This document shows positions 36,367-48,500 of a stretch of 64,000 nucleotides of DNA, one piece after another. The notes below the pieces were generated by a model, which was given only the letters and a program-made list of their open reading frames with translations, was not told the DNA's origin and ran no database searches. Position numbers and translations under genes: made by a program. The stretch's first letter is position 1; every line of letters begins with the position of its first letter. Source of the DNA: Armatimonadetes bacterium DC (GTDB lineage Bacteria > Armatimonadota > Fimbriimonadia > Fimbriimonadales > GBS-DC); the NCBI GenBank assembly GCA_001442985.1, contig LDYB01000004.1, positions 13,063 through 77,062 of the forward strand, in the 5' to 3' direction.

Positions 36367-36699
36367 ATGAGTGACGAGCGCACAGGAGGGCTGTCGCCTC
36401 TGCTGAATGTGGGCTTTTACAATTTCGTGTTGACGGATAAAGTCGTGGCGCTGGTGCGGAGCGACTCGGCGCCCATCAAGCGTCTGATCCAGCAGCTGCG
36501 TCGGGAGGGCACGCGCCTGATTGATGCGACTCAGGGGCGTCGCACGCGCTGTGTGGTGTTTCTCAGCAGCGGTCAGGTGGTGCTGTCGGCGCTCACGCAG
36601 GAGACTCTGGCAAAGCGTTTGCTCCGTGCGTCTGCCGTGCTGGAGACGGCGGAAGAAGAGCTGGAGGCGCTTGCCTCGGAAGAGGGGGATGGGGTATAA
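36367..36699 (+). CDS. remA: RemA-family (DUF370) regulatory protein with an acidic C-terminal extension
   Basis: LLNVGFYNFV, SDSAPIKRLIQ, LIDATQGRRTRCVVFL, VLSALTQETLAKRL align with Bacillus RemA as I remember it. Confidence 0.8.
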   Translation: MSDERTGGLSPLLNVGFYNFVLTDKVVALVRSDSAPIKRLIQQLRREGTRLIDATQGRRTRCVVFLSSGQVVLSALTQETLAKRLLRASAVLETAEEELEALASEEGDGV

Positions 36700-36700
36700 T
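36695..36700 (+). promoter_or_regulatory. -10 box (GGGGTATAAT) for tRNA-Gly, overlapping the remA stop codon
   Basis: 10 nt to the first tRNA nucleotide at 36711. Confidence 0.5.
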
Positions 36701-36710
36701 TAAGCCGCGA

Positions 36711-36784
<74 letters not shown>

Positions 36785-36801
36785 GAAAGGGCGGTGAGAG
36801 G

Positions 36802-37932
36802 ATGCAACGCGCTCGCCTCAAAAAATGGTTGCTGTTGCTAATCGGGGCTGTGCTGCTGATAGGGGGAGCTGCCCTCTACTGGGAGTTCCAGAATCGGCGC
36901 ATGCCCGCAATGGGAACACTTCTGGAAGAAGCCACCCAGATTGCATTAGCCCAGCCCGACCGACTCTATAACCCCGACGACTACCTCCTGCTCGCAGACC
37001 TCTGGATGGCGCAGGGGCGCCCTGAAAACGCGCGCCGCCTGTTCCAGTGGCTTACCGAACACCCCCTACAACTGAGCGACGGCGGGATTCGAAACGCACA
37101 GGTGCAGCTGGCAATTGCCCTGCGCTGGCTCAAACTCAACGAAATCAACGAAGCGGAAAAGGCATTCGTGCGGGCGTGTTCGCAAGCGCTCTGGCTACAA
37201 CACGACCCAGAGACTCACGCACATCTGACGGCGTTCTTCCTGAAGTACCTTGAAACACAGCCCCTTGCCAGAGCAAAGGCACTCGCAGAAAAGGTGGACG
37301 AGGAGAAACGCCCGACAGTGCTGAGTGCGCTGGCAGCCGCTTTGCACGCAGCGGGGCGCATTCAGGAGGCACGGCAGATCCAGGCAACGCCTTCGCTTCC
37401 TGTGCCAGCTCGCTCGCAGCAGGCGCCGTCCCCCCTGCGCGTTTATCTGGAGAATAATCAACTGGAGGAGGCGATTGCGCTCTACAGGCGGTCATCAGGC
37501 TATACCGAGGAGTGGCTCCTGCTGGCGCAGAAGCTGATTGAGCAGGGGCGTGTCGAGCAGGCGCTGGCGCTGTTCGCACGCAACTCGCTTCTGTCCTCGA
37601 AGGTGCGCCTGATGGTGGCACGCCACTACGCCCGACAGGGGCAACTGAACAAGGCGCTGGAAGTGCTGGAACAGATTCCCAGCCTCAAAGACGAGCCAGC
37701 CCTTGTGGAGGTGGCAGATGCGCTGGCAGAAGGGGGGCACTATCGCCAGGCGCTTCGAATCGCGAACGCGCTCGGCGCGACGGCTCGCAGCGAGGCGCTC
37801 CAGCATATTGCGATGTCCATGATTGAGCATGGGCGCTACGGTCAAGCCTACCGCATCACGCAGGAAGCCGAACCGGCGCATCGTCTTGCCGTACTCTGTG
37901 CGCTCCTGCGTCAGCAGGCTCGGAGTCTGTAA
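36802..37932 (+). CDS. Membrane-anchored helical-repeat (TPR/HEAT-like) protein, hypothetical
   Basis: N-terminal TM helix WLLLLIGAVLLIGGAALYW followed by Ala/Leu-rich helical repeats. Confidence 0.65.
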   Translation: MQRARLKKWLLLLIGAVLLIGGAALYWEFQNRRMPAMGTLLEEATQIALAQPDRLYNPDDYLLLADLWMAQGRPENARRLFQWLTEHPLQLSDGGIRNAQVQLAIALRWLKLNEINEAEKAFVRACSQALWLQHDPETHAHLTAFFLKYLETQPLARAKALAEKVDEEKRPTVLSALAAALHAAGRIQEARQIQATPSLPVPARSQQAPSPLRVYLENNQLEEAIALYRRSSGYTEEWLLLAQKLIEQGRVEQALALFARNSLLSSKVRLMVARHYARQGQLNKALEVLEQIPSLKDEPALVEVADALAEGGHYRQALRIANALGATARSEALQHIAMSMIEHGRYGQAYRITQEAEPAHRLAVLCALLRQQARSL

Positions 37933-37965
37933 GCTTATGCCGACCTGCTTGTCTCTTCCGTTGCC

Positions 37966-38751
37966 TTACTCGCGCATACAGTAGTAAGCGTAGTCCAGCG
38001 ACTCGAAAAACGGGATTTTCGGGCAGAAAATGCGCGGGTCCACGGTGCCGTTGCAGTCGCGGATGCGCGGGCGCTCCTTGAGCGAGCGATACCACCTGGC
38101 ATGCCCGTCAAAGAAAGTATAGTTTGCCCCCGCGGTATGCACAAACGAGGGGCAGTCGCAGTAATAAATCCCGCAAAACGCGCGATAGTGCCCATCGTTG
38201 AGCGTCTCTTGCTCGTCTATCAGCACGGCGAACTGGGCGATACGCTCCACCTGCGCTTCGGGGATGAAGCCTGCGACCGAGTTGAGCGCGTAGCTGATTT
38301 TCAACTCATCTTTGCGTCGGTGGGATGGACACACATAGACCTGGGCGTTTTTGACATAGGGATAGATAGCGCCCTGCGTGACGCCTGTTGCCGCCCACTG
38401 CGGATGCACGGGCGAAGTTTCAGGGTTGCCGCAGTCTTGAATAACCGGATAGTTCGGCACCCAGTGCCCCTCCGCGCGTGGGGTGATACCGCGTTGCCAC
38501 GGCGGACGCTCGTTGCCGTAAGTTACAAAGCCGCGACACCCTTCACTTAAGCCGGGGTTGACCCCATCATAGTCGGAGCGGTATGCCGCCAGTGCCATCC
38601 CCAGCTGGCGCATGTTGGAAAGGCACTGTGTCTGGCGCGCCTTCTCCCGCGCCTGCGCGAACACCGGGAACAGAATCGCTGCCAGAATGGCAATGATTGC
38701 AATAACCACCAGCAACTCTATGAGCGTGAATCCGTCACGAAAACGCTTCAT
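37966..38751 (-). CDS. Prepilin-type N-terminal cleavage/methylation domain protein with H-X9-DG (DUF1559) domain
   Basis: [31 protein letters not shown], and C-terminal [13 protein letters not shown] (H-X9-DG). GGAGGAGG SD. Confidence 0.85.
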   Translation of the reverse strand: MKRFRDGFTLIELLVVIAIIAILAAILFPVFAQAREKARQTQCLSNMRQLGMALAAYRSDYDGVNPGLSEGCRGFVTYGNERPPWQRGITPRAEGHWVPNYPVIQDCGNPETSPVHPQWAATGVTQGAIYPYVKNAQVYVCPSHRRKDELKISYALNSVAGFIPEAQVERIAQFAVLIDEQETLNDGHYRAFCGIYYCDCPSFVHTAGANYTFFDGHARWYRSLKERPRIRDCNGTVDPRIFCPKIPFFESLDYAYYCMRE

Positions 38752-38808
38752 ATACGCCACCTCCTCCGGAGCGGTTAAATATGACGCTTTCGCAATAATT
38801 CCTGCTAA

Positions 38809-39582
38809 TTATGCCGAATCGAGGGGTTTGCGCAGAATGCAATAGAGGTTGTTGGTGAAATACTCGGTGAGGAACGGCACTTTTGCGAGCAGGGCAAACA
38901 TTCGCAAGACAGGGTGGCGGCTGTTGTTGGGACGGAAAAACTCCACCTCAAACCCTGAGTTGTAGAGGATGGTTTGATAGTCACGGAACGCGAGCATGTT
39001 CAGCCCGAGGTCGCGATAGCTCTGCAGAGGACGCCCCACCCGCTGACCGACCTTGCGCAACACCCATCCCTGAGGCAGAATCAGATGCGCCCATGGCAGG
39101 TTAATGCCGAGTATCTTTTTGACGGTATCGTGGTCGCCGAAGGGGCTGTTCCAGAGGGGACCAATCGCGGCATAGAGTCGCCCGCCCGGTTTGAGCCGCT
39201 CCCGCATCGCCGCAAGCACCTTTGGTAAGTCCATCACATGCTCGAAAGTGTCTTTGGAAGTCATCAGGTCAAACTCGTATTCGGGGAACTCGGCGATATC
39301 GACGAGGTAGAACTCCACGCGCCCCAGCAGTTCGGGGTAGTTGATTTCCAGATTGCGCTTTGCGAACTCGATCAGGCGCGGGTTGAGGTCAATTCCCACC
39401 ACACGCGCGGCGCCCGCCTTCGCCATATCCACACACAGGCTGCCGTGCCCGCAGCCGAGGTCTAAAACCTTTTTCCCCTGCAGGTCGGGCTGACCGCCTA
39501 AACGGTTCCAGAAACGGGGGTTTTCCCACCTGCCCCGCCCGAAATACTCCACATCGGCAGGATCCAGAGTCGGCTTACTCAT
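38809..39582 (-). CDS. Class I SAM-dependent methyltransferase
   Basis: VLDLGCGHGSL (motif I), VVGIDLN, LKPGGRLY. Confidence 0.85.
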   Translation of the reverse strand: MSKPTLDPADVEYFGRGRWENPRFWNRLGGQPDLQGKKVLDLGCGHGSLCVDMAKAGAARVVGIDLNPRLIEFAKRNLEINYPELLGRVEFYLVDIAEFPEYEFDLMTSKDTFEHVMDLPKVLAAMRERLKPGGRLYAAIGPLWNSPFGDHDTVKKILGINLPWAHLILPQGWVLRKVGQRVGRPLQSYRDLGLNMLAFRDYQTILYNSGFEVEFFRPNNSRHPVLRMFALLAKVPFLTEYFTNNLYCILRKPLDSA

Positions 39583-42500
39583 TGTTCAGTACCAGTGGCT
39601 GCGCGTTCTCCAGTAAGCCCGGAATGTCTTCATATAGATACCGCATGTCGGGCAGGTAGAAGACCCGATAGCCCTGTTTCACCAGCGACTGCAGGAAACG
39701 CTCCCCTGCCTTCGGATCAGTTCCCTGAACACCACGCCAGAGGGGACGCGGATAACGAATCAGCCATGTATCGGTGTGCTTCAGGTACACATGTCCCATG
39801 CGAGAGGCTTCAGGGGACAGCTGACGGCGGGTGTAAAACTGTTGCGTCAGCAAGTAGGTAACATACAGTCGGTGTCCCATCAGCACCACGCTTCTTTCTG
39901 GAGGGTGCTGAACTAGCCCCTGCGCTATCCGCCATTCATGCTGGCGAAACATAAGCTCCTGCTGAATCTTGCCCTCGCCAACCCAGCGGAACTTAACACC
40001 GTCCCCGCGAAACTGCACATAGGGCATCGAAACGAGCAGAAAGGAGACGGTTGCAATGACCACCCATGAAAACGGTACCAGAGAACGGAACGAGACCAGC
40101 AGAGGGTAAAGAAAAGGCACCATGATCAGGGCATAGCCCGGCTTGTGGGGCTGGAGAATAATAAGCAACAACGACAACGCACTCATCCAGAACGGAATGT
40201 TCCACGGTTCCTGCCGGAGCAGCCGAATCAACTGAGGCAGCCCCCCCAGCACATACAGCACGCTGAACGCCATCCCCAGCAGACCGAACGCACGATAGAG
40301 GTCATAACCAATCCCCAGAATGCGCCACCAGAGTGAACCCTGCCACACACCCCCTGCCAGAAATTCCCATCCCCCTGTAAGCCAGCGCATGGGCACCAAC
40401 CAGAGCGCGAGGGTGGTCAGCAGTGCCAGCCCCAGAAAAAGTCCCACCTGCCCCCATTTTTTTGAACGCGCCCAGAGCGCCAGCGCGAACACAGGAATTG
40501 CCACGAGGGTCTGGCTCACGCGCGCCGCCACCGCACTCCCAACCCACCAGCCACTCCACAGGGGTTGATCGCGCACCAGCGTATACCAGCCCAGCACCAG
40601 CAGGCTGTTGGAGAGTGTGTATTCGGAGATACTGGCATTCTCCACGACCATCAGCGGGAAAAACGAGTAGGCTATCAGCACCCAGAACGCATGGGGAATG
40701 TGGAGCGTCAGGAGCAAGCGCGCATACACCACACAGGATAGCCCATACACCACGCTCCAGAACAGGTTCGCGCTCCACCAGCCAAGCGGATAGAAGAGCG
40801 CGTTTATCATCTCACTCAAGAAATACCCCGGGGGACGCGAGGGTTCATAAATCCCCTCATGCCACAACATAAGCGCTGTAATCGCGACGCCGGGAGCATC
40901 GGCATCGGAAGAGATTCCCGGATTATCGGGAAAGATACCCCCTATCAGCGGCAGGCGTACCAGTAGTACCAGCAAGCACCACAGAAACGCTCCCCGAAAG
41001 GAATAGGCAACTGCATAGACCCACTGGGTGCTACGCTCTTCTAAGGACGGTTTTGGAGCCATGCCACTAACTCCGTCTGGGGAACGGTGTTCTGTTCGTG
41101 CGTATTCAGGTCGCGCAGGGTGGCGGTGTGTTGCTGGAGCTCTTCTTCTCCCAGCAGCAGGGCATAGCGTGCGCCTGCGCGGTCGGCGCGTTTCATTTGC
41201 GCTTTGGGACTGCGCTCCTCGAGGTCTAAATCACACGCGATCCCCGCATGGCGCAACTGCTGGGCTAACAGCAGCGCGGGCACGCGCGCCGAGTCGCTCA
41301 TCGCCACCAGATAGACCAGCGGTCGGGGCGGCTCTGGCAACGGCACGCCCAGCTCTTGCATCACCAGCAGCGTACGCTCGATGCCAATTCCCACGCCCAG
41401 CGCGGGGGTGGGCGGTCCGCCGCACGATTCCACCAGCCCGTCGTAGCGCCCGCCGCCGCACAGCGCGTTCTGCGCTCCCAGCCCCTGCGCCACCACCTCA
41501 AAAGTGGTGCGCGTGTAGTAGTCCAGCCCCCGCACAAGCCGCACATCCCGCCGATAGGGCACATCCAGCGCCTTGAGCAGTGCCTGCAGCCGCTCAAAAT
41601 GCGCACGGCACGCCTCGCACAGGTAGGGGTCAATCGGCGGCGCGTTCTGCATAATGGCTTGACAGGTGGGCACTTTGCAGTCCAGAATGCGCAGGGGGTT
41701 CGTCTCCAATCGGGCGCGACAGGTTTCACAGAGCGCGTCGCGATGCGCCAGCCCGAACTGCCGAATCGCCTCCCGATAGGCAGGGCGACACACGGAGCAG
41801 CCAATCGTGTTGAGGCGCAGCTCCAGCTTCTCCAGTGGGATACCCAGCCCTGAAAAGAAGTGCAGAATCATCGAGAGCAGTTCGGCGTCGGCGATGGGTT
41901 CCGCCGTGCCGAGAATCTCGGCTCCGAACTGGTGCGCCTGACGGTAGCGCCCTTTCTGGGGGCGCTCGTAGCGAAAGATGGGCGTGATATAGTAGAGTTT
42001 CTGCACCCCGCCCTGCGCGTGCAGGCTATGCTCCAGATAAGCGCGCACGACGGGCGCCGTGCCTTCGGGTTTCAGGGTCAGGGAGCGCCCCCCGCGGTCT
42101 TCAAAAGTATACATCTCTTTGGACACAATATCGGTCGCCTCGCCAACGCTTCGTGTGAAGAGTTCCGTCTCTTCGAAAATGGGGGTGCGAATCTCCCGAT
42201 AGCCGTACAGATGGCACAGGTCGCGCCAGCGCGCCTCCACATACTGCCACAGGTGGCTGGTGTCGGGCAAAATGTCCTGCGTGCCGCGCGGAGCCGAATA
42301 GCGTGCGCCCATCTCTCACTCCTGATTCACTTTCGGCTGAATCTTCTTCCCCAGATAGCTCTGGATTTTAGGATTATTGTTCAGCAGGTTGACCAGTCCG
42401 CCCATGCCCGGCGCCACATGGATTTCGTTCTCGAAGACCACTATAAAAGTGGGCGTGGAGTTGACCCCCAGCCTGGAGCCTTCCTCAAAGTCGCGGTAGA

Positions 42501-45500
42501 TTTTTTTGAAATGGATGTCCTGATTGTCCATCGCGGCGCGCACCTTTTTCGCGTCCAGCCCCAGCTGCTTGGCGAGGCGCTCGATGGCATTAGGGGATAG
42601 CCCCTCCTGAGTCTCGAACAGAGCGCGGTACATCTCCCAGAATTTGCCCTGGGCGCCTGCTTCTTCAGCGGCAGAGGCAGCCACCCATGCCATCGGGTGG
42701 ATATTAATCAGCGGGTAATGGCGAAAGACAAAAAGCGCCTTGTCGCCCAGTTCGGGCAATACCTGCTCTTCCAGCAGCTCGAACGCCTGTCGGCATGCGG
42801 GGCACTGGAAGTCGGAAAACTCCACAATCACCAGTTTCGCGTTTGGGTTGCCCTTGCGCCAGCCCTGTCCGTCCAGATAAAGCAGCTTGAGCCGCGCCTC
42901 ATCGTAGGGAACCTGGGTGGGTTTCGTCGCGCGTTGCCACTGCCAGTAGCCGTAGCCAAAGCCAATCACCATCATCAGCATCGAAACCATCAGCGCCCGC
43001 ACCAGTTCACGCCCTGTCATGCTGGCAGGTTCCGGCGCACTGCGCAACCCGATCAGGGCGAAGACCCACACCAGCAGATTAGACACCGCCGCCCCCAGAC
43101 ACCACCAGCACGGCGCCCCCTTCGCATACAGGTTCAGCACAAAGAGTTGCACATAGGTCAGGTAGGCGAACGCCAGCACCCCCAGCGTGCTTAAGCCCGC
43201 AATCAGTTTACCGTAAAGTCGCCACTGCTCCGGTTGTTGCAGGCGCGAGAGCGCCAGCGTGAGCAAGATTCCGAAGTAGCCGAACCCCCACATCGCCGTT
43301 GGGAACCCAAGAAACCGCGCATAGGGGGAACGCGCCACCTCGTCGCAGCCGCCCCCCGTGCAGGGAAGTGCATACCCTGCCGAGTGTGAAACCCATAACA
43401 AGCCCGAAATAATCAGTCCGAGTGTTGAGAAGAGAATAATCAGGCGGTTCACCATGTGTGCGCCCATAATGGCTCATCCTCCGGGCTATAAGTGTACCCT
43501 ATCCTGCCGATTCGGCTTGCGTGCGATAGTAGGCGCAGAGGTCGGTCAGCGGGCAGGCTTCACAGCGCGGGCGTGGCGCTTTGCACACCGCACGCCCGTG
43601 CCGTATCAGCGCCACATGGAACCGGTAGACCAGCGGTTCGGGCACAATTTGCTCCAGGGCGTCGTGGGCTTTCGCCTCGCCCAGCGACTTTGGAATCAGC
43701 CCCAATCGCCACGACACACGGAACACATGGGTATCCACCGGGATCACGGGACGCCCCAGCGCAAAGCACAGCACAATCGCGGCGCACTTGGGACCGATTC
43801 CGGGCAGACTCAGCAGGAACCGACGCGCCTCGTGAGTGGGCAGCTCCGCCAGCCAGTTAAGGTCATAGGCGCCACGCGCTTCATAAATGGCTTTCAACAC
43901 TGCCTGAATGCGCCGCGCTTTCTGGTTCGCCAGCCCGCCCGAACGGATGGCGTCCGCAACCTTTTCCATGGGCGCCTCCACGACCGCCTGCCAGGTGGGG
44001 AAGGCTTTTCGCAACGATTCGTAGGCTCGAAATGAGTTGGCGTCAGAAGTGTGTTGCGAGAGAATGCAGTGAATCAGCTCTTCCAGCGGCTCGGCGCGGG
44101 GTTTCCATTCGGCGACACCATAGAGGGGTTCCAGACGCGCAAGGATTTCGCCCACCAGTTCTGCCTTCATCGGGGAGAGATTCTACCTCGCGGGCGCGGG
44201 AAGTGTGCCGCTCCCCGCGCCCGTTGGAGGTGGGTGTTGGCTGTGGAGTGAGACGGCTAACTGGTTCGGGACTCAAGCCGGTTCAGCCATGCGATGATGC
44301 CTGCGAAAAGCGCCGCCATCACGAGAGCCGCTGCCAGATACGGCACGCCCAGCACCTCGTGGAGCGTCACCTTGCCCAGGTCCATCGGCTTCATCAGAAC
44401 AGGTTCAATCGCAGGGTAGACCAGAATGAACACCAGTGCGCCGGTGAGTCCCCCCAGCACGGTGAGCAGTCCATCGCGCACGCCGCCGCCCAGCCCAACC
44501 AGCGCGGTGCCGGGGCAGTATCCGGCAATAGACATCCCCACGCCGAAGATGAGACCGCCCAACACGACACCCCACACATAGAGCGGCTTCACCTTCAGGT
44601 TGGCATACTCCGGGAAGAAGGTCGCCAGCACTGCGGCGCCCACCATCCCGACGGTGATGGCGGTCAGCATCACCTTGAGCATCGTGAAGTCTTTAAACGC
44701 CAGCCCGCGCATCACAATCCCGCAGCGGCTGAACCCCGCGCGATGAAGCGCGAAGCCAAACAGAACCCCTGTAAGAAGCCCCAGAATCTGTTTTGTTTCC
44801 ATCGCTTATCCCTCCTGTGCCGATTGGTTACGAAGCATCAGCATCGCGACCAGCACGCCTGCCGCAAACGCCGCCATGCCGAACACAAACCCGCTCAATG
44901 CCAGCTGGGCGATTCCGCTGAGCATATGCCCGCTGGTACACCCACCTGCCAGTCGCGCTCCGAACAGGATCAGAAAGCCGCCCACGAACGCCATCAACCC
45001 GCGCGTCCATGCCGAACGGAAGGGCACGGGGTCTACAGCGCAAGTGGCGCCTTCTCCTGTGGAGCGCCCATTCAGCATTCGGGAGAGCAACGCGCCCAGC
45101 GCCATCCCGAAGACCAGCATCACTTCCCAGCCAAGCTTGGTGCCTATCTTCTGCAGATAAGGCTGCGACTCGGCAAAGCCCGGCACAATCTTATCCACCA
45201 GCCAGCCCACGAACTGAGGATACGCGGTGGAAACCCCCAGCGGCTGCACGGTGGCGATGGCAAAAATCTGGGTCAGCCCAATCATGCCGCCCCATATCAG
45301 CCAGGGCGGCAGGGTCCCTTTACGCACGCGCGTTTCAACCGCCTCATGAGAAACCCGATTCGCAATCATTGTTGTCGATGCCTCCTGCTATGGTTTGTCC
45401 ATGAGTATAAGAGGCGCGGCAGGTGCGAAAGGATTCATCTGGGCTAACGAAAAAGCCGCCCGTAGCCTTTCGAACTACGGGCGGCTTGGTGCAGTCCCGA

Positions 45501-48500
45501 CCTACTATCGAAATTCACTGCGTGGGGTAGACATATTCTATAGTGAACAGGGTTCCTTCGGGTGGCACCGTCGTCTCCCATCGCATAATGGAGAGCAGGC
45601 GCGGGGGTGTGGCACGCAACAGGGTGCGCACCGCCGCATTCTCAGGAACTCTGAGCAGCTCGCCGTACACCTCGTAGTGAATCACCAGCTTGACGGGGTT
45701 TGGATGCCGATTCGTCAAGCGCACCTGCACTTTCCTCATCTCGAGGCGGCTGTCGTCGTACCATCGCTGCGTACCCGCCAGCTGAAGCCGCTGGCGGATT
45801 TCCCCCTGATCCCATACTCTGTCTTCGGCTTCAAAGTAGTAGAGCTGGTCGTCGGGTTGCAGGCGTACTTCCACCGAACCGCCTGCAGGTGTGAAGGGCA
45901 AGGTGTCCTGTCCCTGAACCGCCATCTCGCGTCGTATCAGCACAGCCCCTGAAGGGAGAGGGAACTTCGCAGGGTTCACAATCCGCAGGGCTTTCCAGAT
46001 GGAGCCTGCTATCTCAGTGGCTGTGTAGAACTGGCGCAGCTGGGAGCTGGTTTCGATACGCGGGTTGCGCTCCCACTCCCAGCGCAGCGATTCGGGCACC
46101 TTTGCAGTGCGCGTCCAGAGGTAGACCGTCTCGTAGGGTACGGTGAGCGTTTCCAGCGTGAACGAGGCGCTCTGCCCACGACTCATGCTTCGGATACGCG
46201 GCAACGGGAACAGATGCACCACGCCCACGCCCTCTTCCAGAATCGGAAACACCCAGGTCGGGCGGTTCTGGGGCTGGACGAGGTTCAACCCCATGCCGGG
46301 GGGCGAGGAAGCAGGCGCGGCGCTCGGAACTGTGCTTGGGGAACCGCCAAATCCCCCGAAGTCCCCAAACGGGTACCCGAAATAGTCAGGGTAGTAGCGC
46401 TGGCGCTCGTCGCCGAACCATGTCAGAATCTGCCAGTAGTCGGCGTTCAGGTTCAAGGGGTCGTCTATCTGGCGGAGCAAAAAATGAGGCGTGCCTACCG
46501 CCAGAAAGAGTTCGGCATCGTTCAGGTCTTCCAGCTGGTTCACCACCGCGCCGCGCAGGGTCAGAGTCGCCTCACCTTGTTTTGGCGTATCAAGGAGCAT
46601 CTCATAGCTGGGGACCCAGCCGATGCCCTGCTCAATACACGCAATCCCGACAGTGATTTTCTGCCCTTTGCGAACCCCGTCCAGCACCATTTCAAGGGTT
46701 GTGTCGGGCAGCCTCACTTCGCGTGTGCGTTTATAGTCGCCCAGAAAGCGTACCCGCGCCACCTGCGAGGGGTGAAACGGCACGATTCCGTCGGGCGACT
46801 CCACAGCGAACTGAGCTGCCTCTGCCAGCGCGGAGGTTTCGTCTTCAAGGGTTCGGGGCGCGTAGTAACCACGCGAGAAACCGCGTCGGCTCAGGGAACG
46901 CACAAACGCAGGGTCTAAAATCGGCTTCATCACCATCAGCTTGCCACGGTACATGCGCTCTTCCGTAGGAACGAGCATCTGCGTATAATATCGCGGATTG
47001 GGGTCTCGAATCGCGTTCAGCGTAATCTCCACCTCCGCGCCGTCGTTGAGCAGTAGCAGTTCTGCAAGGCTTTTCACGGTCTGGGTCTCTCTGCGTTCCA
47101 CGGCGTGGATGGAAATCACGCGCACTTTCGGGTCGGTCGTGTAGCCCCATACAGCGCCGAAAATCGGCTTCACGGTATTTTTCAGCACCACGCGGTCGCC
47201 TTCGGCGGTGAAGGTGGCTTCGCGGAAGGTCAGGGCGTAGCCGTTGCGGAACACCACCACGCGGCGGATGGGCGCTTCCACCTCACGGACTGAGGGTTCG
47301 CCATATCCCACAGCGACGCTCAACACCGCCAGAGCGCCGCACAGCCATCGGGTATGCATAAAGCGGCACCTCCTGAAAATCTGACGCCCACTTTGGCGGC
47401 GCGTTTCGCAAGAGCTGGCAGGATTCGGGCGGACAGAAGCGTATCTGCTTATCAGGAGGTAAGCGATGTTAAAGCAGTTTGAGAAGTGGGTGAGCAGTTT
47501 TCTGGCATGTCTGCTGGTGGGCGGGGCTTTCGCCCAGTTCCCGAATCTGCCGCCTCAGGACGACCTGGAGCCTCTGCCTTTTCCTGACCAGCCCGCCGAG
47601 TTCGTGCCCGGCGAGCTGGTCGTCGGGCTGGACCCTGTAGAGCCGAAGGCGTTGCCGTTGCAAGCCATCGCTTTCGTGGGCACAGTAGTTGAGACCATCC
47701 CCCAGATAGGGGTTTATCGGGTGGTGCTGGCGCCGCACATTTCGATGGACGACGCTAAGGCGTTCCTTGAGGCGATTCCGGGCGTGGAGTATGTAGAGCC
47801 GAACTACATTTATCGGGCTTTTGCCACCCCGAACGACCCTGGCTATGGGCAGCAGTACGGTCTGCAACGCATTCAGGCGAATCTGGCGTGGGACCTCTGG
47901 CAGCCACAGGCTGTGCGTTATATTGCCATCATCGACACGGGGATTGATTATAACCATTCTGACCTGACAAATAAGTTCCGCAGGCATTCCAACGGGCAGA
48001 TTTATGGCTACAACACGCTGAACAACACCACCAACGCGAACGACGACAACGGGCATGGCACGCACTGCGCAGGGATCGCGGCGGCGGAGATTAACAACGG
48101 GATTGGTGTGGCGGGTGTTGCCGCATGGAACCCTGCTGTTTCGGGCTACAACGCCTATGTGCAGCTGATGCCTGTTAAGGTGCTGGATGCGAACGGCTCT
48201 GGCTCATTGACTGCCGTCGCGAATGGGATTACATGGGCAGCCGATAATGGGGCGCATGTGCTGAGCTTGAGTTTAGGCGGCGCGAGCGGCTCCACCGCGC
48301 TCTCGAACGCCGTGACCTATGCGTGGAACCGGGGCTGCCTGATTGTCGCCGCGGCAGGGAATGGTGGCAGTTCCTCGCCCCAGTATCCTGCCTACTACAC
48401 GAATGTGATTGCGGTCGCCGCCACCGACTCCAGCGATCGGTTGACCTCGTTCTCCCAGTACGGTTCGTGGGTGGATATTGCGGCGCCGGGCGCTTCGATT

